From the NCBI GenBank assembly GCA_013265495.1, contig MU057880.1:650527-714526 (forward strand): a stretch of DNA of 64,000 nt, given 5' to 3'. The translations under genes were made by a program, and so were the position numbers. Source of the stretch: Vicugna vicugna. Its lineage: Eukaryota. This document shows positions 25,191 to 38,585 of the stretch, piece by piece (within the stretch, counting starts at the first letter, position 1; the number at the start of each line of letters is the position of its first letter). A model generated the notes under the pieces. It was not told the DNA's origin and searched no databases. It saw nothing but the letters and a program-made list of their open reading frames with translations.

Positions 25191-28100
25191 TGTGTGCCAG
25201 GCCCTTGCCTAATTTACTCACCTCACCTAGGAGAATGCCCAGATCCAGGAAGCTGCCCACTTCTGCTAAGACAAGGACTCCTCTGGTTACCATTTTCTCC
25301 AGTTGTTATAACCATCTGAAGGCAAGGTTTAGAGCTGAGAGAGGTTGAATTCTATTAAAGATATTCCACATAAACACCTGCCTCCCCCACACCCAGCAAA
25401 CAATTTTTGTTTACATTGTCTGGCAGTTACTTAAATCTCAGGAGTCTGGAGATTGTAGCTTCAACACTGTATCAGTTTCACTGAGCTCACTCCACTAGGA
25501 AACATTGTATCTACCTGCAAATAGCATTCCGGAGAGTCCCCGGTGGAGACTACAGTTACAGAGTCCAGGGAGAAATACAGTGAGTTCATAGGAGAGAGCT
25601 CACGAAACAAGTTAGAGAGAAACTGTACCAAAAGCACAATTAGACTCAGACTGTTATGTCTGATTGGATAGGAATCACCATGAGTTCAGAGTTGAGGATG
25701 GTATCACATGAGTAAGAACGACCCTACTGGTGATGTCATGTAGATGTTCAGATATTTTGGAACTGATTCTATAAGAAGAAACCATTTTTTGCCCTAATTT
25801 ATCATATTATGACCTTGGTTCTGCCTTGGACACAGAATTAAATAAAAATATAAATAGAAGATATTCAAGCTCACAAATAAAACTGTTCTCCTCACTTACA
25901 GGATTGTGTTCCTCACATTGACATAACTACTTTCTTCCGTTGGTTTGTCTGCATTTGAAATATTCGGCTAGTGGGAGAGCACAGCCTTCTTTATTTCCAG
26001 CTTGTGAGAAAGCTGATGCTGGCGTCTCTGAAAGGAAATGCGTTGTTAAACTTTTGATCCACCGTCAATTCCTTCTATTGTTGCCCAGTGTTTGGCATTT
26101 ATCTTTATGAATTGCCCTAAGGAACTGTAGTCCAAAATCAGTCTGTCAATTTTAAGGAGACCTCTAAAAGGGTTTACATAAAATATACAGATAAGGGGTT
26201 TTCTTTACGCCGAAAAATAGGTAAAATGAAGGACTTTATTTCAAAACCTAGCACTGTCAATGCAACCACACCCTCAATGAGTACTTAATGCAGGGATTTT
26301 AAAAGCCCATACTGGATATCTTGAATGCTTAAATTAAACATGCCAAGAGAGGAGGGGAAAAAAAAAAAACAAACAACCTTCCATTGCAAACATGCAAAGT
26401 TAACCCAGTGAGATAATTTTGTCATAAGGGAACATTGTGTAAAGTTGTATCTGGGCTTCTCCAGTTATGTTAAGGTGATTACATACAACTGAAATTACAT
26501 CTACTAGCAAACTGGTACCCAGTGCAGAATTTGTAAATGTATTCCAGTGAAGAAGAGCCGTTCCAATCATTGCTAGCTCTGATCCCCAAGTGATATTCAA
26601 GGGTAAAGTAAGTGTGCTATTACACAGCTGTCTGTAGAGGAAGGTCAACATCAGACAAGGTCATCAGAGCAAAAAAAAAAAAAAAAAAAAAAAAAAAGCA
26701 GTATTCTTGACCAGCTGTGACTTTTTAAATGCCAATACTAATAATCATTCAGAAGTCATGATTATTTAATATTCGTTAAACCCAAGCCTAGTGCTAGGCA
26801 TTGTGTGTACATAAACGAAGTGACTGTGCGCTGAGCTGACAAAACTAAATTGAGCAAAGGAAGTGAAGGGCAAACAAGGGCGTGGGAAACAGGCACTGAG
26901 GGCCTGTTTATAAAGGGAGGCTATCTCGTTGTATCGTGTATTATTTTGCAACACAAAAATCTAAAGCAGAGCAGTCAGGGAGAAAGACACACTGCCTTTT
27001 GGGGGTTGAAGGAGGAAACCTTCAATAGGAAATGGCAGATGGGCACATCAGAGACCTGAGAGGAAAGCACAAGTAAATGGTGAAAAGAGAGAACCTCTGG
27101 ATGTCGGCTGAGATCTGATGTGGGAACCAGGTAAAGATGATACAGGAGACGTGACTCAGAACCTTCCGAGCCCTTGGGAGACACACCACAGAGGTCCTGG
27201 CCATCTTCAGCAGTGCTCTTCTTATGCGAATATTGTACTCATCACATAAGATACCCAGGACCAGTGGTAAGTGCTGGTAAGACATTTAAAACAGAGGTCA
27301 GTCCCACCTTATGCTTACCTCATCTACAAGGAATGAACCTGTGGCATCATAGCTGTCTGTAAGAATCCAGAGATAATTAAATCAGGAAAAAGACCAGCAT
27401 AAACCCACAGAACTCCACTCCAACCTGGTCAGATGCTTCAGAGACAGATCTGTTGACACAGGAGACGGCACAGAAATAATTAGACTAAGAATTTTATCGT
27501 GTCGCTGAAGGGGGAAAAACGTCGTTTTTTTCCCCCAGTGGAGTCAATAAACAAATAAACAAAGCTTTATAAGGGTACAGTGGAATATATAAGTAATACA
27601 GTGGGAAAACCTTGGAATCTAATATCATACAACTTTGAATTTGAAAGCCTTTTCTGATAGACGTGAGCTTTGTGACCTGGAAGAAAGCTCTTAACCTCTC
27701 TGAGCTTTAGTTTCTACCTTTGTAAAATGTAGTGAGAAATAGCTTCCTTGCTAGCTTACTATGACAATGACTCAAAATGGGATTTATAAAAGAAAATAAT
27801 CTTACTCATCTCACCCCTCCCTTAAAAGGAATAGCCTTAGTCAAAGAATATATGGCCCTTCCAATTTCTAGGAAAGAATGATGTTAGTTTAAAAATAAAT
27901 TGACCTGCCTGATTGACTTTATATACAGAACTTTGACCTTAGAGAGGGTTCTTTTACTTAGTTTATGTCAGTAAATAAACTTTAATTACTTATTGTAAGT
28001 AGCCCAGAGCCTTAAAAGTAAATAAGGTTTTATCTGGGCCAGTGGCTCCTAGCTGGGGATGATCAGCATTTGCTCAAGGCTAAGAGTGTGACAGAGCTAG

Positions 28101-28409
28101 ATGGGGTGGGTCTTCGCCACAAAGCCTCCGGGGCTCCACAGGGCAGAACCAGAGCTGTGTGTCAGGGGTAGGAAGGCAAGATATGGTGTTCCTGACCACT
28201 TCTCTTGCTTTGCTTCAGAAAGAAATTGTGAGTCCCTGGTGATATGTACTCATAACTGTCATACTTCATTTGGGGAATGCTTGAAACACGTATCGAAAAT
28301 CGTAAGCAGACATGGTTTCTCAACAAAGAGCTTTTAGCAGGAAATGTCAGATGTTATATATTCTTTCTTCTGTGCAGTTCATCTTCTTTTTTGTCCTTAT
28401 ATATTTTTA

Positions 28410-28945
28410 AATTTATTTTATTTTATTTAGATTCCAAATATAAGCAATATCATATGGGATTTTCCTTTCTCTTTCCAGCCCACTTCACTTAGAATGATGA
28501 TCTCCAGGTCCATCCACGTTTCTGCAAATGGCATTATTATATTCTTTTTTATTGCTGAGTAGTATTCCATTGTATATATGTACTACATCTGCTTTATCTA
28601 GTCATCTGTTGATGGACATTTGGGTTGTTTCCATGTCTTGGCTATTGTAAATAGTGCTGAACATTGAGGTGCATGTGTGTTTTTGAATTTTATTTTTCTC
28701 CAGGTATATGCCCAGGAATGGGATTGCTGGATCACAAGGTAAGTCTCTTTTTAGTTTTTTAAGGAACTGTCCTCCATACTGTCCTCCACAGTGGCTACAC
28801 CAATGTACACTCCCACCAACAGTGTAGGAGGGCTCCCTTTTCTCCACAGCCTCTCCAGCATTTATCATTTGTGGACTTTTGAATGATGGCCATTCTGGCT
28901 GGTGTGGGTGATACCTCACTGTAGTTTTGATCTGCATTTCTCTTG
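28410..28945 (-). mobile_element. L1 fragment (ORF2 C-terminus and start of 3' UTR)
   Basis: The ORF at 28602-29024 contains [12 protein letters not shown]...LPCDPAIPFLGIY, and the region is colinear with the L1 at 4942-5824. Confidence 0.93.
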
Positions 28946-29639
28946 TGCAGTTTATCTTTGGGAGGGGTACCAAGTCCCAGGTATATATGGTGCCAGAAAA
29001 ATGATCACAGGCAGTGAATCCCATCTTTTCTTATGAAGACCAATAGGCATTATCTAACAATGCCAGGATTCTCAAAAACCAGCTTTTTCCCAAGGCATTC
29101 CCCAAACAGGGTCCTGGCAATTCATTTATGTAACTCATAGCAATAGCCAACAGGTATTTGGGTGCTCACCACGCCAAGGACTGTTCCACATCCTCTGGAT
29201 GCACCATGCTAATTAATCTTCCAACAACCCTAGGAGGTGGGTTCTGTTACCATACACATTTTATAATTAGGGGAAACTGAGACTCAGTAAGTCCCAGAGC
29301 CAGGATCTAAACACATGCTCTCTGGTGACAAAGTCTACGTGTCTAGCCTTCACTGTGGGTTTCTCAGGTCTTCCTTGGCTTATTTCTTAAACCCAGAACA
29401 AGTGCCAGAATTAACCACTTGATATAAGTAATTAAGTTGGCTCAATCCTTAGCCCTGTTTTCTTCTCTATCTTCTGTCCCTGAGAAATGTGACATTCATG
29501 AAACATGTGATTATACTAAACCTGAATTCCAGCTCGGACAATACCCTAGACCTCCGGCTTGCCCCCAGGACATCTGCACATAGATGTATATAGATGCCTC
29601 AAAATTGACAAGTCCAACAGAAATAAAGGGCTTAGGGAT

Positions 29640-30120
29640 ACACACCAGAGCGGCATGCAGAAAACTACAAAAACTCCAATACAAGGAATCAAAAATGTCT
29701 AAAGTGGGGAGGAATACCATGTTCATAAATAAGAAAACTCAGTATTAAGATGGCAATGTTTCAAAATATATTTTATTGAATCACTGCAATCCCAATTAAA
29801 ATCTCAGCCAGCTTTTTTGTAGGTATTGACAATCTGATTCCAAAGTTTATATAGAAAAGCAAAACATTTCTGATTAAAAAAAAAAGACCAAAGTTGAAGG
29901 GCTTACATTATCCAATTTCAAGACTTACTATAAAGCCACATTCATCAAGACAGTGTGATATCAGCAGAGGATTAAAACACAGACCCACAGAACAGAATAC
30001 AAAGGCCAGAAATAGACCCACAAAAAAATCAACTGATTTTTGACAAAGGGGAAAAGATAATTCAGTGAAGAAAGGAGTCTTTTCAACAAATGGTGCTGGA
30101 ACAATTTGACATCTGTGTGC
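29640..30120 (+). mobile_element. Old L1 ORF2 internal fragment inserted into an L2
   Basis: caatcccaattaaaatctcagccagc...gacttactataaagccaca...ttttcaacaaatggtgctggaacaa, with L2 sequence on both sides. Confidence 0.85.
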
Positions 30121-31000
30121 AAAATCGACATGTTCAAATTTGAGCTCCACATCTTTCTTCCAAAATCTCTCTCGAAGTACGCCCTTGTCTTGGAGAACGA
30201 TGCTACCATTCACCTAGTTGCTCAGGCAAAACCAGGAGTCATCTTTGACTCACTCTCAGTCCCTGAGTTCAATTTTTAAAATTACGTTGAATCACAAGCC
30301 AGTCCTCCCTTCCACCTCTGCTGCTCTTGACCTAGTCCAGGCACTCATTCCCTTGAAACTTATTCCCTGTCTCCCATCCCATCCCCACCAAAAAATACCT
30401 CCAAAGGAGCAGCATGGGAGTTTCAGAGTATTCCCATGGAGGCAGCAGAGGAAACCACTGCTTCCCTGGCACCATTTGCAAAAGTGGTACCTACTCAAAA
30501 TATTTTAAGAGAACATGTTGGCATGATGGTTTATGATGATAATGAAAAGATACGACACTTAGTAATGTTGAAAGAAGTTGCATAGAGAGCACAGGCGAGG
30601 TTATAACCTCTTTATCCAGCCAGCTGCCCCCCAGTCAAAGTCCAGGCTCCACCTTCTGGTGGGTCCCTGGCTAGAGCCTGGCTCTCACCCCTGGCTGGCT
30701 GCCCTCCTCTTAGAAGCTGCCTGGGCCTCTACACAGCATGATCTGTTAAAAAGGCAAATCTCTCATATAATCCCAAAGCTGAGGGCGCTTCAGTGACTTT
30801 CCAACACTTATCCCTTGTACCTTATACAAAAGCCCTGTTTTCTGGCTCAAGTATGCCTGTCTAGCTTTCTCTTCCACCACTTTCCACCCACATAACTTCA
30901 GCTCCCATCATTCCTAAAATTGGATCTATGAGGATTTGCCAAACTCTCTCATTTCCTTAACATCTTGCAGATTCACCTCCTGCCCAGAAGTGTCTTTTCT
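30121..31000 (+). mobile_element. L2 fragments (continuation of the L2 that starts at about 29520)
   Basis: acatgttcaaatttgagctcc...cctagttgctcaggcaaaaccaggagtcatctttgactc. Confidence 0.65.
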
Positions 31001-32149
31001 GCAAGGGTCACCAGTGAAACCCCCACTCCCTGCTTCAGGACCTCCCTGAGCAAAGGTCTGTGGGCAGGTGATGTTATGTAACGAGATGGAACGCAAGTCC
31101 ACGACGCATGCGTCCTAACCTAGATTCTGTCTTGCTACATACCAGCTGCTTGTCCAGAGGCCACACCCATGCCTCCTGGGAGTCTCGAGACCTATTTTAA
31201 ATGGAGGCAGTGTTATCTCGGTAACACAGGGAGGCACCTGGGGAGGGAGTTCATGGCAACAGCAAAAATGTTTTAGCCAGACACACTTCTCAAAATGTTT
31301 ACCCAGGATTTGTAGTGAAATGTCCAGGCACGTTCCCTGAGGCTAATCTGTGTTGACTCCTGCCAGGTCCACCCTCCTCAACCCCTCTGTGAGTTTTGTG
31401 TTTAGAACATGCCTGGTGTAGGACCACAATTATTGTCCTTGTTGTTGCTTCCATTATTGTTTTTATTGTAGCGTTACCCCTCTCTCCCCTACCAGGTAGC
31501 TTAGGGTTCCTTCCTCCATGCTCCCAAAGCAGTTAATACATACCCTTATTCCAAGACTTTTTATATTATTCCCTGATCGTGTGTCCAGTGTCTGCCTCCC
31601 CAGGCGACCCCGAACTCCTTGAGGACATGGCCCATGGATTTCGTGTGTGTTCTGAGCCTAACACGGGGCCTGGCACGGTGTAGGCGGTCACTAAGTTTTT
31701 TGTGACTGGATGAATAAAGGAAGAAACTGTATTTTATTGATTGGGAGAGTGTAAGAAACACTGCTTTATTGATTCGTAGCACTTTCTGAGCTCCTAGAAA
31801 GCAGATGTTGTAAAAGAAATTCATCAAAAGGAACCAGTGAAGCTGGCTTTTAAAGGATGGACTTTCTCGGAAAGCGGTAGGCATTTGGCCAGTGACTTCT
31901 AGGGATGATTAAACTCAGATTTTCGCGTGCTTGTGTATGTGTGTGTGCAGGCCTAAATCCACTTACCTACGCTGTGTGACTGAAAATGGTCTTTAAAACG
32001 TAGATTTCTTTGATGAATCTAATGAATCAAAGGTGTAGCCCTCCAACTTTCCTACAGGCTGCAGAAAAAACCCAAAATATTAGCTTCATGTAAGACCAAC
32101 TATGTTTCTTTTGCTACTTGGCATTCTAATTTTAATGATTATGTGGGTT

Positions 32150-32545
32150 TTTTGCCCCTACAGAAAAGTTGAAAAGACAGTATATATTTATTTTGCCACA
32201 TTTTGATCACATTTTGCATTCTATTTCTGTTCTTCTGTCTCTCTCCCTCTGTCAATCTCTGTCTCTCTCTCTATATATATATATATACACACACACATAA
32301 CATGCACATTTTTTGCTGAACAACTTGCAAGTTACACGCAACATGACAGTGAACCCCTAAATATTTCAGCCCGCACTTCCTACTGATGAGAACATTTCCT
32401 ATGTAATCACAATACCAGTATAATTCCTGAGAAATGTAATTCAATAATATCTAAAATTCAGTCTATATTCGAAGTCACTCAGTTGCCGCTAAAATACCTT
32501 TTCATTGTTGCCAGTGACTCCAGTCAGGGTTGCACATTTCCTCTG
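32150..32545 (-). mobile_element. Ancient L1MC-type 3' UTR fragment with an internal (CT)(TA)(CA) microsatellite
   Basis: acagaaaagttgaaaagacagta...acccctaaatatttcagc...taatcacaatacca. Confidence 0.6.
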
Positions 32546-34487
32546 GTTTCTCTCCACCGTTGAAGGAAAGACGAAGGGGTGGCAGTGGACTCGTTGCGTT
32601 GAATGGAGTGAGCAGATAAGTTTAGGCGTGTTGTGGGGATTCGAACCAGAGATGTTTTGTGGGGGCTCCGTCCAACTGGGGACATCTGGAGGTGTGTCCA
32701 TTGGTAGGGGGTGTTGAGTAACTGAACAGACTGATGAAACAAGTACATGTTTAGGGCAGCAGCATAGCAAAGGTTTTTTGTTTTTAAGTTTTTTGAAAGG
32801 ATTCAAGAGAAAGAAAGGAGAAAAATAAAAAGGAAGCGAAGGAGGGAGAAAGGAGGGAAGAAATTGAAAAAGGAAAAAGCGTCTAAAAGAAAACCAGAAT
32901 TTGTTGGACCCTGCCTTACAAATCAGTGTTGTTTTTATTTAGAATCGCACATTGGGATGCGATTGTTTTTCCTCACTGTTTAGGATTTCTAAGAGTCTGT
33001 GGCAGGAGGCTATGGAAAGACAGACCTGCCTGATTTGGGGGCGCCTGATCACAACCATGTGCTGTGACTGCAGCATGAGTCATCTTTTCTTCCTCAAGGA
33101 CCACAATGGGAAGGTGACATCAGCCAAAAAAGTGCCTACATTAAAGTGTGTGCTTTTTGAAAAAAACCTAAATATAATTTCTTATATAACAGGATGAGTG
33201 CTGGATTGTCTCAGAGTTGATGCAGGGTGAGTGCAGCCCTGTTTAACACTCAGGCATCAGGCATCACTCTGGTTTCTCTGCGGAAGTTTTGTAACACAAA
33301 ATGCACTCGATAGCTTTGCCCTACGTATATCCAAGCTGTATGACTCCTCCATGTTCTGTAGAAATAGTCCACTAACTTCTGCAACTGAATCTCTCATTAT
33401 ATAATCTCAGCATTATAATTTCACACGAAAAGAGGATTCATCCTCATTTGTAATCTTAAATTTGTAGATGGCTAACAAGTTCTTAAAAACACAATGTATA
33501 GACAAGACTTAATCCTCAGTTTTTCAACCAAGCAGCTTTGAGTAACTTCAACCAGTCCTTTAAATCAAAATACCAGACTCACATTGACTACACGTACTTG
33601 TACGTAACTATGTAGTTAAACGGGGAAAGGTTGTCCCCTGTGGTTCCAGAAGCACTTTAAAAGTAATGGAAATTACAGTGCACTCTGGAGAGATTTATGA
33701 GAATGTTAATTAAAGTCAACTTGTCCTAGTTTTTAAGTTTTCTCCAGAATTGAGAAGGGTGATGACTACAGCAAACTGACATGTTTTCAAAAACATGTCT
33801 GCTCCTCAGAGCTATGGTTTTAAACGAAGTCTGATGCCTCTTCAGAAATGACAGTTTCTGGTAGAACACAGCGTTTTTACCTCAACAATTACACAATCAT
33901 TTATACTTAGGGTGCAGGAGGTTCTCAGATGAATTAATGAAATATGAGGGAAAGAAGGCGATTTCTGTGTCTCTGACATGTGCAGCATTGTGTCTTCCAA
34001 GGCGTGGCCAGTCATAGTTCCATGGTGCTGTGTGCACATAATATGTATTAACACTGACAAGAGTTAAGCACACAATTGAAAGGAGAAAATTGTGCCATTT
34101 TGAATCTATCTCCCAGATGAGTGAAAAAAACAAAAACATTTAAATAGATACATAAATATAACTTAATATACTGAGCCAGGAAATTCAGCTCTGATTAAGC
34201 TGTCAGATACTGAAACAAACTGAAGGGGGGAGGGTCAGGGAGATTCCCAAGTATAATTTCATACCCCAGGAAGCACGTAAGCTGTTGAATTGAATCACTT
34301 ATTTTCCTGGAAATTCAGAGCCAGAATTGTTCTGGAAACCTCGTTTTCTGATTATGGTCATGATTAATTTCATTTATAAAAATATAATTGACCATTTTTT
34401 TTTTACTGAAATTGTACATGATTTATTTGAAGATGATTTTTCAGCACTTCACCAAATTCTGTTCTTAACTTCCCACTTCCAATCTTT

Positions 34488-34610
34488 TTCTTTTTTTTGT
34501 GGAGGAAAGATAATTAGGCTTATATATATATATATAATGGAGGTGCTGGGGATTTAACCCAGAACCTCGTGCATGCCAAGCATGCCCTCTACCACTGAGT
34601 TATACCCCCC
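34488..34610 (-). mobile_element. tRNA-Ala-derived SINE
   Basis: tggaggtgctggggatttaacccagaacctcgtgcatgcc...accactgagttataccccc, with flanks cccacttccaatctt / cccactcccagtctt. Confidence 0.9.
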
Positions 34611-36874
34611 CACTCCCAGTCTTGAGCCCCTTCAACTTTTCTGAGCTCACACACACACACACACACAGAGAAAAGGTTAATCGTCTGATTCCTTCCATTT
34701 TATCTTTTTCTTTAGCATTTTTCCTCCTCCATCAGAGTCGAAACACAATTTTTAAGGCATGCTCATGTAAGCAGGTGCATTCAATGCCCGTGTCTTGTCT
34801 CAGCAGGGACTGGACAAGAGAAGACAGGAAAATCAAGATTCTAACATTTTATACACTTAGGATCCCAGGTTCCTCTTGACTCATCATTTCATTTCCAGAA
34901 ACTGATCATAAGGAAATAATCAAGAGTTATTTGTGGCACTGCATATGATAATTAAAAAAAGTGATAACACTCTAAATATTCCACAATAGATGGCTTATTA
35001 AATAAATCCTGCTAAAGCAACACAATAGAATACTGTGCAGCTATTAAAATCATATTTTCAAGATTATTGAGTAACATGAGTATATACTGACATTATATTT
35101 AGTGAGAATAAAAAAATTGACTCTAATCCTAAATTTACAGCGATCTCCTAAGTTTTTTAAAGTATAGATAGGTAGATATAAATGTAGGAATAGAAACCAG
35201 CGCCACATTTACTTATACAGAACACCAAATTCAAACAGAACCTAAAACGGAATTCAGTATCCCAAAAACTGTGCACAGTAGAGCTCTGGCTGATAAAACC
35301 AGTCAACTTACTGACCAAACAGCAACCACGAAAATCCCAAGTCTTCTTGAATACAAATCAGTACGTTTCAATGTGTCCAGTTGGATTTCAGATGACAAAT
35401 TTGTTTCTCAATTGGAAATACTGATCTAGGAGCGAGGTCACGTTTGAGTTGTGTTTTGCCAGGCTCTGTCCCCACAGGGAAAGTGAGACATTTGTCATTT
35501 GACTGCCAGTCTTTCCTGTGGAGTCCTGCTCATGCATTTCTCAAGCTTTCTTCTTCTTCCCCTCATCTGTTCTCTGCTTAAAAAAAAAAAAACAGATTTA
35601 GAAAGAAAAGGCTTTCAAAAATTCATTCATCCTAGGATCAGGTGCTAATCAGCTTAATGAGTACTTCTGCCGGGTATTTGCGTTTAAGGGAATGAGCCGT
35701 GAAGCCCAATATTTCCCTGCTGGGGCACTGCTTGCATTTGGGTCGGGGCGCTAGGGGCCAGTGGGAACTCCCCAATCCCATCACCTTGAAAATCACAAAG
35801 TTCCTGTAGAACTTACACCTCCTCTGGTGAATGGACTAGAATGTAGAAGTGCCACCTGCTTGCCACCACAATAGCTTTGCCTATGTAGGTTTCAGTGGTG
35901 CATTTCAGAGAGTGATGCTTTGTTCCATTACATTGGAGCCTCCGGGTTTCTTTTTCCTCCCAGATATTAATAACCACCACTCCAGGTACTTAAGAGGTTT
36001 TGTCTAGGTAATTAAAGATCTCTTCATATCATGTCTGAATCTAAAGTCCTGAGTGAGCCACGCGGTGAATGTGGATCTTCTGAGTATAATGAGGTCTGTT
36101 TTAATGAAGGAAATTAGTTTTTGATACATTTTAAAACTGTAAAAGAAAAATACTATCATATACTCCTAATACAGCCAGATTAAATTAGCATTTAAGCTTA
36201 TTAAATAGTGAGAATATTTATAAAAACTATTAAGAACTTCAAACTTTGGGTTAAAAGACAAAGAAGCAACCCTCTAGAAACTCTCCTAAGAGAAAAACTC
36301 ATTAAAAGAAAAGTAACGTAAAGTATTTATTATTGTTCATATGCTATCTTTTTAAAAAATGGACATCTGGATTTCACTCCTTTTTTGTTTAAGTAGTGAG
36401 ATGTATTTGTCTTTTTGATGAAAATAATGTTTATTTTAAAGGGAACTTTTTCCCCTTCATGTATGGATTGTTCCTCTAATATTCTAGCAATGAGACATGA
36501 TATGTGTATGTCAATTAATAGAAATAAGAACAGTTACAAAAATAATCAGAAAGAATTGTGAAATCAATTATAGCTTGCTGTAAGCTGTATAATGATAATA
36601 TAAATATATTCACTCAGAATTAAAATAGGTCAGAAAAGCAATCTACTGGGAGTTAAGATTCTATAATCATCAGGACAAGGATTGCAACCAAGCAGACCAG
36701 AATTTGAAAGTTAGTTTTAACACTTATTAGAAGTGTAACCTTCCTTTAATAACACTTTCTGAGCTGCAGGTTATTCATCTGTGAAATGCGGACAATGGTA
36801 CCCAAGTCATTAATTAAGTTTTAGACTTAATAATACATGTTACATGCAAGTACATGCTATCCCACAAATGCTAG

Positions 36875-37185
36875 CATCACCACCACGATCGTCACCTTCA
36901 TCACCACGATCGTCACCTTCATCACCATCATCACCTCATCACCACCACTGCCATCACCACCATCATCATCATCACCATCACCATCGTCACCTCATCACCA
37001 TCATCACCTCATCACCACCACCACCATCACCACCATCATCATCACCACCATCATCATCTTCATCATTGTCAACTTCATCACCATCATCACCTCATCACCA
37101 CCACCACCATCATCATCATCACCTTCATCACCGTCATCAACACCATTGCCACCACCACTGTCTTCATCATCCCCATCATCCCACT
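36875..37185. repeat. Imperfect (CAT/CAC)n low-complexity tandem repeat, about 310 bp
   Basis: Directly visible. It includes an exact 21-bp doublet caccacgatcgtcaccttcat (36881-36922) and abuts the 3' end of a MIR (~36690-36873). Confidence 0.97.
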
Positions 37186-37804
37186 GCCATGAAAGAAACT
37201 AGAAGCCAACTGTTGGTTTAAAGACCTAGTTAGTGACAAAAACTCCTTGACTGTATGAAAAAAATTTAGTTCCATTCACCAGGGTTTTTTTCCCCTGCTA
37301 TCAATAGTTAAGCAGAATTTTTAGCATTATCCAATGCTCATGAATATTCATAACTGCAAACCCGAAGCACTCGCTACAAAATGCCACATTGCTTTCTGAG
37401 CTTAAAAAAAAACGAGTTAAATTATATTCTGCTAAATAGTCATGATATCACTAGTGTAATTGGGTCTAATCTTTTGAATGTTGATGTTCTACATAGTGTG
37501 GAAGTTGCAGAATATGGGTCTGTGCTTCATCCAGCCTGCAGATGTAATTGCTTTGGCCTTCTCAAGATGGGCATTTGCGACAGTGAGGTGACCAAGATTA
37601 CAGCCCAGGGTTCAAGTCCAAGTCAGCCTGCCTCCAAAAGCTTTCACTATGCCACACTGTCTCTTTGAATTTCTTCCAGGCAATATACGTTTTATGTAAT
37701 ATCCAATAATATTTACTGGATATTCAATTGCATGGTTGTTTCTATCATATGAAATCTGTGTATGTGTGTCTGTCTGTCTAGGTATCTCTTTGTATGTATA
37801 TAAG

Positions 37805-38030
37805 ACTGTGTTGAAAATTTTCTGCTTGTCTTTCCAGATTGTCAGCAGTTCCTACGCTGGTCTCTGCACTGGTAGGCCGACCTGTACCAGCTACGTTAAT
37901 GAATCTCTCTGTTGATTTCTAGTTAGGTTCAGCCAACAGGATATATCAGCAGATGGGAGAGAGGCGCCAGCAAGAGCTGAGAGTATTTATTCTCCATACC
38001 CCTCCCCAGTGTGGTCCCTGTGACATGCAG
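37805..38030. mobile_element. LTR33-like ERVL LTR fragment
   Basis: tagttaggttcagccaacagg...gggagagagg...gagtatttattctcc resembles LTR33 from memory. Confidence 0.5.
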
Positions 38031-38031
38031 T

Positions 38032-38563
38032 GGGACCTTGCTGTTTATCTATTTTATCTATGGTAGTATGTATCTGTAAATCTCAAACTCCTGGTTTCTC
38101 CCTCCTCCAACTTGTTTCCCCCTGGTAACCATAAGTTTTCTTTCTATGTCTGGGAGTCTGTTTCTGCTTTGTAAATAAGTTTATTTGTATCAATTTTTTT
38201 TAGATTCCACATATAAGTGATATCACATGATATTTATCTTTCTCTGTCTGAGTTACTTCACTTAGTGCCCATCCATGTTACTGCAAATGACATTATTTCA
38301 CTCTTTTTATGGCTGAGTAGTATTCCATTGTGTAAATATATCTTACCTTCTTTATCCAATCATCTGTCAATGGACATTTAGGTTGTTTCCATGTCTTGGC
38401 TATAGTCAATAGTGCTGCTATGAACATTGGAGTGCATATGTCATTTCAAATGAGAATTTCCTCCAGATATATGCCCAGGAGTGGGATTACTGGACCATAG
38501 GGTGAGTCTATTTTTAGTGTTTTTAGGGTTCTCCATATGGTTCTCTGTAGTGGCTACACCAAA
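38032..38563 (-). mobile_element. L1 3' fragment
   Basis: Colinear with the other antisense L1 3' ends (tagattccacatataagtga...ggacatttaggttgtttccatgtcttggcta). Confidence 0.92.
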
Positions 38564-38585
38564 ACGAATTCTTATTAGAAATGAT

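Noticed and set aside
33170..33235. TATATAA followed by a plus-strand donor AGG|GTGAGT
   Set aside because: The implied first exon would be only about 15 nt, the region is AT-rich, and there is no other support.
33587..33618. Adjacent short inverted repeats (acgtac-tt-gtacgt, taacta-tg-tagtta), and similar ones at 31103-31114 and 37698-37724
   Set aside because: Arms of 6-12 bp are too short for a miRNA or MITE, and several are expected by chance in 64 kb.
36837..37221. Poly-His and Thr/Ile/Ser/Pro ORFs
   Set aside because: These are translations of the CAT/CAC repeat with no exon context.
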